A stretch of DNA of 64,000 nucleotides, from positions 4,216,001 to 4,280,000 of the forward strand of contig NC_073392.1 in the NCBI RefSeq assembly GCF_028641065.1, given 5' to 3'. The translations under genes and the position numbers were made by a program. Shown one piece after another: positions 37,713-51,161 of the stretch (the stretch's first letter is position 1; each line of letters opens with the position of its first letter). Under the pieces are notes generated by a model. That model did not search any database, had not been told where the DNA came from, and was given only the letters and a program-made list of their open reading frames with translations. This DNA is from Leucoraja erinacea. Lineage: Eukaryota.

Positions 37713-38984
37713 CTGTGTGGACGCGAGCGGGTGCACGGTCCGTCGATCCAGCTCGCAGCAGTTTCAAACGTTGACGGTCGATCCAGCTCGAGGTTTTCCA
37801 GGCGAGTGCCCTCGAGCTTGAAGGTTGAAGACAGTCGCTGTAAAGTCGCGTTAGTGGGACAGGCCCTTTACTAATATCACGCAATTGCAAGAATGTAATC
37901 AAGCCTGGGTGGGCATACACTGGGAACTGTAAAGAAGCTCAATGTAGTATTATTTTCATTGGTATTTGATTGAGTTCACTGTCAAATGAGACAAGGAATC
38001 TCCAACTAGCTAATTATATTGCCGACAAAGAACATTGTTAAAATAAAATAACCATTTACAATAAAGCAACTAAATAATGATAATTGTTTCCTCATTATGG
38101 TCTTGACAAGAAAAGGTTTCCACTTCCGATGCATTCTTTGTGCTGTGATTTTGACAACACAGTAAATCCTGGTAACATTCTTTGTAATATTACAAATAAT
38201 TTAGTTGCAGCTGTCCAAAATTCACATTCAAATTTATTCAAATTCATCTTTAAAATAAAAGAGGATGAATCTGAACCTGGCAGGTCACATATAATATTCA
38301 AAGACTAAAATTAATCTGCTATTTCTGAGTCACTTCAAGTTACTGCTTGGTGTAATTCAAAGTAAGGATGCAGGCATTGCATTGCATTGCATTCTGACCT
38401 CTGAGTACTGCAGTCAAATGGGGTGTCTGAACCCACCCACATGAGAGGGTGTACTATTAACATATCACAAATAAACACAAAATGTGTCCTAACAAATAGA
38501 TTACCTGGAGGATTATTTTTACATGAATGCCTCAACGTGAGCAAAAAACACAAGGGTGTGTCAGGTGGTTATGGGGAAGGAAGGCAATGGGGGTTGGGGG
38601 TTTGGAGGTTAAGATAGATCAGCCATTATGAATGGCGAGGTAGGACTTGATGGGCCGAAAGGCCTAATTCTACTCCTTATAACAAACTTATGACCCAAAG
38701 TGCTGGAAGGAAACTCAGCAAGTGCAGGTGTGTGAATTGAATACACAGGTGACATAGAAAATAGGTGCAGGAGTAGGACATTTGGCCCTTCGAGCTTGCA
38801 GCTGACGTTGCAGGTTGAAACCTTTCTTCAGCCAGCAGGGTCCCAACCTTGTCCATTCTGTCCACAGATGATGCCTGGCCCGCTGAGTTCCTGCAGCACT
38901 TTGCCTTTTGCTCAAGATTCCAGCATCTGCAGTTCCTTAGTTCGCCTTTAACATTGACATTTTACCAGTGGTGAACAGTACTAG

Positions 38985-39224
38985 TTTTTCACACAGAGTT
39001 GTGAGTCTGTGGAATTCTCTACCTCACAGAGGGGCGGTGGAGGCCAGTTCTCTGGATACTTTCAAGAGAGAGTTAGATAGTTAAAAATAGCAGAGTCAAG
39101 GGATATGGGGAGAAGGCAGGAACGGGGTACTGATTGTGGATGACCAGCTATGATCACATTGAATGGTGATGCTGGCTCGAAGGGCCAAATGACCTACTCC
39201 TGCACCTGTTGTCTATTGTCTATT
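38985..39224 (+). mobile_element. CR1 3' end
   Basis: gagtctgtggaattctct..gtggaggccagttctctggatactttcaagagagag..(tctattg)n. Confidence 0.85.
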
Positions 39225-42200
39225 ACTGCAGATTGTGTTTGACAGAAGAAAATTGGTGGCTGCAGGACAGCCGTAGTCCTCTTAAAATAAACCTGAGTGG
39301 GATATTGCTGAACACATGTTGCGTGTGAAGCCAGAAAACCCAAGGCAAAGGTGGAGGTGTGTTTGTACCTTCAAAAGGCAGCGAGGAAATATTCAGTCAG
39401 TGAATGATGGATACCTTTGTGATGTCCAGGGTGGTCTGAATACATTTTGTTCTCTGCAGACACGTGCTTTGTCCTTTAGAAAGCAATAAGTGAAGGTTCT
39501 GTGCCTAGCTGGTTCCCCGAGGGTTTTGTGTCGGTGCCTGAGAATCCCACGTCAGGCATGTGGGGGTGTGCAAATACACACTGAACTCACTGGTGATCTG
39601 CCATCAATCAGGCAGCCTGCACGAGTCTCGCCAACTAACTGCCTGCCACAAAGTATAGTCGCAAAGTATTTGGAGATTTCAGAAAGAGGAAGCTGTTAAA
39701 TGCAAAGATCTGAAATGAAAGCAGTTTTTTTGAAATAAACTATGGATTGATTGGCATCCAGATAGGTAAATAATAGATGAGTTATTTTTCAATAATATGA
39801 TACAAGATTCTTCATACAAAATAGGACCATTTATATGCAGCACAGTGGTCATATTCCCAGCTAGTCCATTTGAACACATCATCGCACAAGCTGACGTACC
39901 GCAGGTGTGAATTGTGACCTCATATTGCTGTTGTGATGCTCAAGTTTGGCATGTTCTCTCTTGTGAACCACGTGGGTGTCCTTCTGTGTGCTCTGGTTTG
40001 CCTCCTCACATCCCTCCAGAACCATACCCAGTAGCACACCCCACGTGTTTGTACAGCTGATGAATGGGCGGGGTCTGACTGCCAATAGCAGCTGTCGAGA
40101 TTTAGCGTACAAAATGGGCTAACAAGGCTATATTCTAGGCGGGCCAGTTCCAACCCATTTTCAATTTCTAGGGGCCGGCCACCGAAAAATTGAGTTTGTA
40201 GGCCTCGAGTCTAGGGGGTATTGACTCCAAAGGCCAAGTGCGGATTAACATCTCAAGCGCGTTCAAGCTATAGCTTGGGTGCCCCCGCTTTTCTAGGGGG
40301 TGCCCCCTTCTTCTATCTGAGGGCTCTCCAGGGGTTAGGGTCCTCGCCCTCCCGCCTAGGGGCCATGAAATCCTACTGTCAAAAACTCGGGCCGTGCTCT
40401 GCTCGCGTACTAGATCCGATCTCTCGCTCATACAATCGAACACGCTGGCCAGGCATCGGCTGCCGTGGCTCTGCGAGCACATCATTGGTCGGCGACGCAG
40501 GCCCGACTTACTGTCACGCGGCACCATCACGGCCGAGCACATTCCGCCCTGGCGCAGGCCACCGCACGCTGCGCAACTGCGGTGGCAGACTGGTCGGCCG
40601 TTCTGTTGGCATCTGTTTCTCTTCACCCGTATCGCTGTTGAGATTGTGGGAGATTTGGTCGCGGCATGGCTGTCCGAATATCGTTGGGTGCTCACTCACA
40701 AGTGGAAACAGCTTAGGTCCTCTCTTGCATCTAAATGTAATCCGGGGGCAATGGGGGGCCAAGGAGGCATGCACGCCTTATTTCGGCATTCTATCCCTAG
40801 GTGAAGGCTGTCTGTTGCCACTGATTGAGGCCTTATGTCAGGGGCAGCTATTTCTGTGTCTGCTTTTTGGGTTTGTAAGAACTAATTTGAGTCCTCTTTA
40901 AGATCACCGCATTTCCATGTTATTCTTAGGGTGCTACCTTGTGTGGCAGGAAGAGCAGGATGCGAAAGTACGATACACATAGAACATATGTGGAGCAGAT
41001 GTCGGAAGGCCGGTCGGGACATTGACTTCGGCTGTGGTCAATGGGGCCTGATTGCAATGGCTGTATCTATTCTTTCCTTTCTGGGTTACAATCTTTTTAT
41101 ATTCGTTTTTTTCAAAAAGCAACAAAAACAAAAACAAGTTAGGATGACTAAAACATACAGTGATATTGATAGCATAGGGGGATGCAGGGTTACATTAATG
41201 GGGCAAGTTATTACCATAACAATTATGAGTGCCAGTGTTCAAACTATCTACAGTGAATATAACGCCCGATCCCGGTTCAGTCTCTTATGTAAATATTAGT
41301 TCAATGTTTTAAAAGAGAAACCTGTATATATTATAACCCAAAAGACAAAAGAAAAATAAAAGAGAAAAAAAAAGATAAAAAAAACATGCACAAAAACGCC
41401 TTAAGCTATACAAGAAAAAAAAGGAAAAAAAAAAAAAGAAAAGGTAACAGATATTCTGAAATCTGGGCTGCAAAGATTTTGAACACAATTAAGGTAATCA
41501 GCGCAACATAGCTGGAGAAGCCACTTGCATGCTGGGTGCAGCAGTCATGCTATGGAGCGGAAGGATAAAAGGCTAACGCGTTTCGTCCCTCGGAACGTTT
41601 CCTTTAATTCGCTCTTCGCTCAACTATAGAGGCTTTGGGGCTGCACCATGCTGCATGCTTTCTCGCAGCTTTTTTGTGTAGCCTGCGACTTTTGGCAGGC
41701 ATCTGCAGCTTCGGCTTCGTTCAACACATTGAAGTGCCTTGTTTGTCGGGCAAGTCCGTTCGGGCATCACTATTCGGGCATCCACGTCGGTATAGGCCAG
41801 TGAAAAAAAATATGATTACCATTAATTAGTTATAATTATATCTATTGTTACAGTTAGTACAGGTTGAAGTTTAGGGGACAGAGTAACAGGTTGAGAGCAA
41901 GTTGAGGGTTTGAATTTCTTTGGTAGTGCAGAAAGGTTTTAAGGGTGGGACTTGCATAGTAGGTTTGATAAAATGATGGAGAGGATAGACAAGAGTTTTA
42001 CGTGGAATAGGGCTTTTCGCGGCACTGAGAGTGAGGGAAATATTCAAAACATAGGGGAAGCATGACATTTGAGGAATTTAAGGGTTACTGGAAGTTTGTC
42101 GGGGGGTAAACAGATGGGGAACTTCTTGTACTTCAGGAGAGGTGGTAGCTGTGTGGGAAGTAGCATTGCCAGTGAAGCGTGGTGGAGGTCAGGGTGTTCG

Positions 42201-45200
42201 TTTTATCATCATTTAAAAATTAATTGGATATGTTATATGGACACAGGAAGAGGAATATGGAGGGGTTATGGTCTGAGGTCTGGGCAGGCTATCATGTGAC
42301 TAGGGCGATAATGCGTTGGGGGGGGGGGGGGGGGGGGGGCGGGCCATCTGTACTAGAAGGGGTCGAGTGGATGGCCTTGATTTCCGATGGGCTGTAACTT
42401 GTTATTATGGTTATACTATGGTTGTATAGCGCAGATTGGCGAGGGTTTGATTTTCCAATTCAATTTCACATTGATATTATTTAGCGAGATCACCTAAGTC
42501 TGAAATGTTAGGGCATGAGGTCACAGATTTAACTAATTTCAACCCTCCTGGCAAACGTCTGTACGGACTTCAGCTCGACGAGTCCATCCAGGCAGGCCAA
42601 TGAGGCTGAATGGGCTTCCTCATGGGGCTATAATGTTCATAGCCGGGGCTCAAACGTCAAGTTTAAAACATGAGGCAAAATCCATGGGCCCTTATTAAAT
42701 GTCACCAAATTAAAATCAAGCATGCTATGCGGAGGGCAGTGGCAAAATGAATGGTTGCATGCGTCATCGGTCTATGCTTGCCATCTTCGCGATTTTCTTC
42801 ACTTCGGCTGGTCCCGGGCACACATCTTTACTGACAGCAGAAAAGTTGCCAACAGATCAAGAACATCTATATGGATTGTTTAAGCAGGGTAATCTGGCTA
42901 GATGCGGGGAAAATCGGAAGTGTACTGTACAAAAATAGCTGCGAGAACTCGCGGTAAACTCAGCCGGCATGCGTGAGGGGCATTGCACTATAGGGAGCAC
43001 GAGTAAATAGCAACGAGGAACCTTTCTTTGTGGGCACCAGCAGAGGGGTTGTGAAATCGTGTGAATTCTCTCTGCCTCGAAGAGGCAGTGTAGGCCAATT
43101 TCTCTAAGGATGTTTTCACGAGAGAGTTAGATTAGAGCTCTTAAAAAAGATAGCTAGACGTCAGGGGAATAATGGAGTAGAAGCGCAGGAAAGCGGGGTC
43201 ATCCCTGATAGGTTTAGGAAAAAGACGAGTCATAGGCCTATGATCGGCCTATTGCTAGGGCTGCCAGGGGGCAATGGCCTTCCCTCCTGCATGACGCATA
43301 TCTTTCTATGTTTCTAGGTTCTGGCAGGCATGCTCTGTGAAGCATGGATTAGGTGACGCGTGCATTGCGGACATCCAGTGCTGAAGCTCAGGTTCCCAAA
43401 CCCAGAAACAGTATCAGCTTACGGTCACATGGGTTCAATCAGGGGGCTACTGACAGACTTAGTGTTTCATGTTCAGCACTTGGAAAAACAGGGATACTTG
43501 CCAGATCCACTGGATTTATTCCAGCACTTTGAACCTATTTGTCCTTGTTGAGAATGTTTAGATTAGTAGTATCATAATTAATCTCATATGATACATATAT
43601 GCAATGTTATGAAACAATTATTGAAGTATACAACTACCAGCAGGGTGTGTGACCAGAGCACTATATTTGAAGAAGAGTATGCTAATGGGATATTACGATG
43701 TTTCTGGAGTGAATGGTTACAGAGATTTTAAGTGCAAGTGCCTAAAGGTGACGTAGTTTTGGGGTAAAAAAAAAACAGAGGCAATGAGTGAAGCTAGTTA
43801 GAATTTAATTACAAATGAATCCGATGCTATTTGATCTAAAATTTAGAACATTTTATCAATTTTATCTTAGGCATATCTATCTAGTCTAAGTTCACAGCGC
43901 TCAACCGCCAAGTAATGTGAAAAATGGTGTAGCACTTTGGTTAGTAATATCATCTCCGTATCTTATCCAAATCCTGCCGGCAATTTGGGGACATTCTGGT
44001 TAGGCAAAAAAAGTTGGGCCAAAGACAATGTCCATTACCAAAATGATTTAAAAAAAAATGAGAATTTAATCATTTATTTTAACTAAATGTGTATTTCTGA
44101 ACTGGGATTGATGCTTCAGTAGTCAGAATCCCATTCCCATTTTGTAATAGAATATTGAAACTATCTTTATTAATATACAAACAAGGAACTGCAGGTGCTG
44201 GTTTATTTAAAAAAAAAGAAACAAAGTGCTGGAGTGACTCAGCAGGTCAGGCAGCATCTCTGGAGAGCATGGAGAGGTGACATTTTGGGTTGGGACCCTT
44301 CTTCAGATTGATTTTTATACAATTCTACCATGTGCTTACTCTTTAGAACAATTTTCACATTGAAAGAGACAAAGGGGGACAATTCTGGACTTCTGGAGCT
44401 TTTGGAAATGAAACTGAGAAGTGCAATCAGTGGGAGAAATGTTGATCTTGGCAGTTAGATCGAGTGTCGTCAATGAAGAATGCCAAGACCAGTCCTGAAA
44501 TAATTGGGGGAAAGGCCAGTTTCATTAAAGTGAGATATGATTTGGCAAAAGGAGGCTGCAGACCCGCCACTCCAGGGGAAATCAGTGTCAGAACCGTGAG
44601 CGCTATCCAAGAGGGGAAGCGAGCAATTAATTTAAATATGTTGTTAGAAAGAAATGTGCTGAGGACTTCCAAATTCAGACCACTCTGGATGCCAAGGAGC
44701 AAGCAGGGTGGGGGGGGGGGATAAGGCAAGGAAACGAGATGCTCATGTCAGATGCTGAGAACTCAATACCGCAGAAGGCTTTGGGGATTATGGAAAGTGC
44801 AGGGATGAAATAAAAAAGGAAATTTATAATGTCGATAAAGGAAGGACAGAAAGTTTGGCACTGATGAGTGCAATGGAAAAAAAAAAGTGTGTAATCAAGG
44901 AGCAGAAATGGTTTAATGAAGAGGCGGTAAGACAACTTGATGAGGCAATGGAACAAGGGCCGGAAGAGAAGTGAAATCCTAGTGAGTATAAGGACGGAAG
45001 GGAGGACCAGGAAAGATAGGAAACTGTGGCTTTATGAACAGTTAGTAATGGGGAATAGGGGTATTATTAATGAGCAAGAGGGGAAGGGGATACTGACAAT
45101 GCGGTATGCGGTTAAGGAGAAGGAACGTGGCAGGAGGAGGATGTGTGAAATGTTGGGAGGAAAGTAGGGCCAGAAAGCAGGATTCTAGGGAAAATATAAG

Positions 45201-46467
45201 GTGTAAAGCAGTTTTAGAAGTAAATAAATCATCAAAGCAGGCATTTGAGGCATTCCTGGATGTTTCGAGAAACAGACAGGAAATATTGGATATAATCACA
45301 GTGCTGGCGTAACTCAACAGGTCAAACAGCATCTCTGTAGGACATGGAGCGGCGGCATTTCAGATTCCCATCTGAGGAAGGTTTTCGTACCCAAATATCA
45401 TCTATCCATCCACTCCAAGGATGCTGCCTGACCTGCTGAGTTACTACAGCACAGATACTGTAGAAGGTTTAGGGGAATATGGAATTATGTTTTACTCAGG
45501 ATTCCAGCATCTGCAGTTCCCTGTGTCACCAGGAAATATCGGAAGCTATTCACATCTCATCGTCTTTTTTGGTCTTGAAGATAAGACACAAAATGCTGGA
45601 GTAATTCAGCGGGACAGGCAGCGTCTCTGGAGAGAAGGAATGGGTGACGTGACGTTTTGGGTCGAGACCCCTCTTCAGACTGATCGTCGGGGGAAAGGGA
45701 AACGAGAGAAAAGGACGGCAAGGGGGTGTAGCAGAGCTTTCATCCGAGAGAGGAAGAGAACTTCTTCAAAGTCGACACTGCTTGAGGAGATTTTGCAGTG
45801 GAGCAGATGAAACGTGTAGGGAGGAGCTGCAGAAGCTGGTTTACACCAAAGATAGACACAAATTGCTGGAGTAACAGCAGAACAGGCAGCATCCCTTCTC
45901 TTTGATCCTCTCAGGCTACTGATGTGGTGCGAATGGATGAGAAGACCAATAAAATGGAACCAGTTTTCAGAAAGAGATGAATGAAATAATCCAGTCATTA
46001 TTGGCAGGGAAATTAGATGAAAAATTACTGCGATAGTTTAAAACTGTCTTTCAGAAAGACAAAGATTAATCAAAGACAATCAGCATGAATCTGTGATGGT
46101 TCATGTCCGACTAATTTGCTGTACTTAACTGACAGATTTTCCAGAACAATGGATGTTATTGGACCTTGTTAAAGGATATCCTCGATCCCCTGGGAGCTGG
46201 AGTCATTTAAATGACAATTTAGAAAGGCCTGCTGGTGTTAATGGCACTTCCTAGAAGATGGCAGATGACCTATTGACTTTCCATCCAGGATCTTAAATGG
46301 TGTGTTCTTGATAGAGTAGGATAGAAATTCCACCCAGGTCACCTCTCCTGGACACGTGACATAGTGATCTCTTGGCTTGCACTTCACCTGCAGGATACAG
46401 TCACACTGAAGGTGCAACAATGCAAATCTACCACACAGGCAATGGGCACATGGATATGCAGGGAATG

Positions 46468-47232
46468 GAGGAAACAGCACCTCGTATTTCACTTGGGCAG
46501 CCTACACCCCAGCGGTATGAATATTGAATTCTCTAACTTCAAGTAACCCTTGCTTTCCCTCTCTCTCCATCCCTCCCCCATCCCATTTCTCTGACCAGTT
46601 TGGCTGTCCCACTGATTGCATTGTATCTCTGTTTAAGGAGGAACTGCAGATGCTGGAAAAATCGAAGGTAGATAAAAATGCTGGAGAAACTCAGCGGGTG
46701 AGGCAGCATCTATGGAGCGAAGGAATAGGTGACGTTTCGGGTCGAGACCCGGAAGGGTCTCGACCCGAAACGTCGCCAATTCCTTCTCTCCATAGATGTA
46801 GAAGGGTCTCGACCTGAAACGTCACCTATTCCTTCGCTCCATAGATGCTGCCTCACCCGCTGAGTTTCTCCAGCATTTTTATCTACCTTTGCATCTCTGT
46901 TTGCTTTGTTGTCACCTTCTCCTGGTCTATCCCACATTCTCCTTGAGCCTCATCTCTTTTGATCTCTTACACATCCTCGTCTGGGGATATGGGGAGAAGG
47001 CGGGCACGGGCTATTGATTCGAGACGATCAGCCATGACCACAATGAATGGCGGTGCTGGCTCGCAGGGCCGAATGGCCTCCTCCTGCACCTATTTTCTAA
47101 GTTTCTATCTCTGTAACTCCCTCTCCCCTGACACTCAGTCTGAAGAAGGGCCTTGGCCCGAAACGTCACCCATTCCTTCCATCCAGAGATGCTGCCTGTC
47201 CCGCTGAGTTACCCCAGAATTTTGTGTCTATA
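46468..47232 (+). mobile_element. PLE 3' end (endonuclease C-terminus, 3' UTR, pLTR) carrying a nested palindromic PLE insertion (46635-46888) and a CR1 tail (about 46982-47107)
   Basis: KQHLVFHLGSLHPSGMNIEFSNFK* is a typical PLE GIY-YIG ORF end. The nested insertion is flanked by ttgtatctctgttt / ttgcatctctgttt. Confidence 0.8.
47140..47167 (+). ncRNA. Minimal hammerhead-ribozyme-like core in a PLE pLTR (representative copy)
   Basis: CTGAAGA-A-gggc-cttg-gccc-GAAA-cg-TC has the catalytic boxes and a 4-bp helix II. Helix I is only about 2 bp, so activity is uncertain. Confidence 0.55.
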
Positions 47233-47236
47233 TTTT

Positions 47237-47857
47237 GGTGTTGCTCGTTCTTCACTGGCTCGTCTCCAGTTGGTTCAGAATGCTGCTGCTCGCCTTTTAA
47301 CAGGGGCTCGAAAGAGGGAGCACATATCGCCAATTCTGGCCTCCCTACACTGGCTCCCGGTGCACTTTCGAGTTCATTTTAAGGTACTGTTATTTGTTTT
47401 TAAATCTCTGAATGGGCTCGCCCCGCCTTACCTCTCTGAGCTGCTCCACCCATACGCTCCTGCCCGGTCCCTCAGGTCAGCTGGTCAGCTGCAACTGGAG
47501 GTACCGAGGTCTAGTCGGAGGCTCAGAGGGGATAGAGCCTTCTCTGTTGCTGCTCCGGCACTCTGGAACACCCTGCCGCTGCACATCAGACAGGCCCCCT
47601 CACTGTCCATCTTCAAATCCAGTGTTAAAACACATTTGTACTCCCTGGCTTTTGACCATGCCTGAGGCTTTGCTTCTGTTTGTGGCGTTTTTGATGTTTC
47701 TTTATTTTACATGTCTTTTCCTACTATTTCTTTTGATTGTTATTTTTGGTGTGTATTAACTTTTTTGTCAATGATTAGTGATGTACAGCACTTTGTTGCA
47801 GCTATGTTTGTTTTTAAAGTGCTCTATAAATAAAATTATTATTATTATTATTATTAT
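47237..47857 (+). mobile_element. L2-clade LINE 3' end with an open ORF2 C-terminus
   Basis: LQLVQNAAARLLTG..HISPILASLHWLPV..APPYLS..GDRAFSVAAPALWNTLP..FKSSVKTHLY ends at a stop at 47665. The 3' UTR ends gctctataaataaa(att)n. Confidence 0.92.
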
Positions 47858-48849
47858 ATTGGGAATGGAGGGAGATGGATCACGTGCAGGCGGGGGGAAG
47901 GAGATGAGTTTAACAATGTGACATAATTTGACAATGTGTTCAGCAGCGACTATGTGGGCCGAAGGGATTGTCTGTATTTTTTCGGTATTGTATTTTTGAC
48001 CAATTTCACAATTTTTCTTGCAGGGGATTGGATCAGGCTAAACAGCCAGTGCCCATTCAGCCTCAATGCAGGGGTGAAATGCAGAATTTAGGCAGGTTTG
48101 AACAAAAGGTCTTAAAGTCGCCAAATAAATAAACCTAACGTACCTAATGTACAGTCATTTAATAAAACACAATTATACAAACCTGTTGCTTTAATTGTGT
48201 TTAATTTAATTCACTGATGTTAATACTCAGTAGTTAAACGAAAACCTCACACTTGCATAACATTTAATCAGGTTAAACCATCGCGAAAGGCTATTGAAGT
48301 GAGCAGCTAATTAAAACAATTAATTCTTTTTGGGAAGCAGTGAATGTTCTGTTTCAGCAGCTGCCTGTGAAGAAATACAAACACCCAAGGCAAATAGTGG
48401 TCACTATATAATGTGAACGGAAAGAAATACCCACAAAGTCGTCAGATCTCGTTAAGTTCATAATCAGATTGCATTAGAATTCAGCTGAACTTCAAATGAA
48501 AAGGGTAAACTTGCAAGGTGGAATTATTTCTGCTGAACTTTTTTCCCCTCCAGTTATTTTTTTCCTCTCTCACTCTGTCAGTTGTTACTAATACTTTTCT
48601 GGAATCAATTGATCGTCAATTCTTGGGCCAAAGGGCTGGTCTGTGTCAGTGAGTGTGGGTAAATGGCATCGGAAGGAACTGCAGATACTGGTTTAAACTG
48701 AAGATAGACACAAAAAGCTGTAGTAGTTATTTGATCAAAGCAAAATTAAAGTCAAGTCTTGATATGTCTGTATAAAAATATCACCTGAGATCCACATGTT
48801 GCATTCATTCACACAATGTAAAATAGAAGAGCAAGTCGGAGGCTATGAA

Positions 48850-49510
48850 ACCTGTGGCAACAACTCAAGTACCAACTTGCTAAAGCCTGTCCACCATCGA
48901 TAAGGCTCAACTCAGTGTGATGCAACCCTCTCCCTTCCTTGGGTCAGTGCAGCTTCAACGACACTGAAGAAACTAGACACCACACAGAACATAGCAACCC
49001 ATTTACCACCAGTCTGAAGAAGGGTCTCGACCCGAACACTGAAGAAGGGTCTCGACCCAAAATGTCACCCATTCCTTCTTTCCAGAGATGCTGCCTGTTC
49101 TGCTGAGTTACTCCAGCATTTTGTGTCTCCCACCATTCACTCACTCCATCACCAGTAGCAGCATTTATACCATCGACATGGTGCACTGCAGCAACTCACC
49201 AAGAGTCATTAGAAAGCATCTTACAAATTCATGACTCTACCAGATAGAAGAACAAGAGCATGGGGATGCTTTTAGAAATCGTCCTCCAAACCACACACCT
49301 TCCTGACTTTGAAATGTTTTGCCGTTCCTCCACCGTTGTTGGGTCAAGATTCTGGACCTTACTTTCAAACAGTGTTGTGGATGCATTCACACCTGAAGGA
49401 TTGCAGCAGTTTAAGAAGGCAGTTCACCATCACCTTCTCAAGAGCAGTTAGAGATATAGACAATTAAATGCTGGCTTAGCCTACAATGCCCTCATCTCTC
49501 GAATGAATAA
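48850..49510 (+). mobile_element. Old non-LTR retroelement 3' end (L2/CR1 group) interrupted by a PLE arm (49012-49129)
   Basis: GLQQFKKAVHHHLLKS* and the tail aaatgctggcttagcc..cctcatctctcgaatgaat. The PLE arm is flanked by a ccacca duplication. Confidence 0.65.
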
Positions 49511-49550
49511 TACATAGCCTGTCAGTACCTTTAGTATCTTCAGAAATCTA

Positions 49551-49901
49551 AAACCCCTGTCCCACTGTACGAGGCAATTCAAGAGTTCTCCTGAGTTTTC
49601 CCCTGATTCCAACTCGGAGAATGTCCGTAGCGGACCCGTAGGAGTTTGTGGATGTCTCGTAGCGGCTCGTACGAGTAAAAAGTAACAATTTTTTTCATCA
49701 TGTATTTTTTCTCTATTTTTTCACAGTGTTAAAAAAAACGTCACGAGTTTACCGGATTTCCCGAGTACCTACCGTTACTCGTACGGGCCGCTACGAGACA
49801 TCCACGAACTCTTACGGACCCGCTACGGAATTCTCCGAGTCCGAAACAGTGGAAAACTCGGGAAAACTCTTGAATTACCTCGTACAGTGGGACAGGCCCT
49901 T
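49551..49901. mobile_element. MITE, same TIR group as 8355-8661
   Basis: TIR of about 45 bp: ta|aaacccctgtcccactgtacgaggcaattcaagag ... ctcttgaattacctcgtacagtgggacaggccctt|ta. Confidence 0.9.
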
Positions 49902-51161
49902 TACAGTACATGTTTCAGATTTTAAAACAAGGCACTGCAAATGCCGGTTTACAGGAAAAAAAGGCACAGAGTGCTGGAGTAACTTGGCGAGTCAGGCAGC
50001 TTCTCTGGAGAACATGGATAGTTGACGTTTTGGGTCTGGTCTTTTTTTTAAGATTGAAGAAGGGTCCTGACCTGAAATGTATTCATATTCTATAGTGATG
50101 AAGCCTGACCCCATTGAGTTACTCTAGCACTTTGTGTCATGTTTCAGATTTGGTTGACTGCAGGCAAAGCACATATCCGTTTCCCTTGGGTCTCCTAGTT
50201 GAAGTGAGTTATCCAATAGTCCATGATACAGTGTCAGGCAAACTCAACATGTATCAGTAAATATCAAAAACTCCACATCAAATTCCGTAGTCTAGTTTAG
50301 AACTTGTTTAAAAGTCAAATGCAGTGACATGGAACTGGTTCCATTAACACAGCATTTGACAAAATCAGTGATGTTAAATTCCAATGCAAACTGGATGATA
50401 ACTGACCTGAAGGCAGATTAGTAGCATTGATGGTGAATAATGTACAAAGCTACTGTTAATTAGGGGTCAACAATAAATCTGTCTTATACATGGCTTTAAT
50501 GCTGGAAGATATCAAAACTAGGGTAGCTTTGTCCCCAATTGCACTCAAAACAAATGTGGCTGTTGGCTATTCAAAAGAGACTATTTCTGACTTTCAAAGT
50601 ACATTATAAAAGTCCTCTGATCCATCAATTTCAAATCTTGAGGACATTTTGGCCATTTTGTCTCCAGATGACCAGAAGGGCAGACATCAGGTTAATGCAC
50701 AGCTGTCATTGTTGACAAATGTTCCAGAGATTGTGCATTAGATCAATAAAAAAAATCAGCTATTTTTGTCATCATTCCCTGAAAGAAATGCAATTTTCAA
50801 ATCCGTTTTTTTTCCATTTGTTGGTCCTCAGACAACCCTCTGCTACTAAGAACTATTCATCTCCAGAGGCATATTGACCATAACATTGAGAGAGCATCAG
50901 ACTTATCCTGATTAGACTGAGTGCAGCATTACACCGATATTCATCTCTTTGACAGGGCACGAAGAACAAAGAGAGACCAGCTATTTGTAATATTAAATCA
51001 ATCTTGTTTGATGTAGATTATGTCAGACCATGGACACAGACCTACATATTTATAAATTTATGTTTTTTTTTCAATCATTGCAGCAATATAAAGAACCATA
51101 AAGCAAATACAAAGGGGCAAATTTGAAGTTGCCAATATGCTTGTGGGATAAATCTTTGCTA

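Larger units (their letters stand above)
36680..37868. mobile_element. MITE-group sequence on both sides of the gap (right TIR at about 37853-37868)
   Basis: 36700-36830 resembles the reverse complement of 51520-51640 (ctctccgtcatgctcgag..tactcgcggcctca), and agtgggacaggccctt|ta ends at 37868. It may be one element or two. Confidence 0.5.

Noticed and set aside
36908-37774. 288-aa proline-rich and glycine-rich ORFs
   Set aside because: They are read-through of Ns and poly-C.
40168-40901. Overlapping 136-226-aa GC-rich ORFs
   Set aside because: They lie in the garbled block, with no recognisable domain or splice signals. A corrupted retroelement is possible but I cannot assign one.
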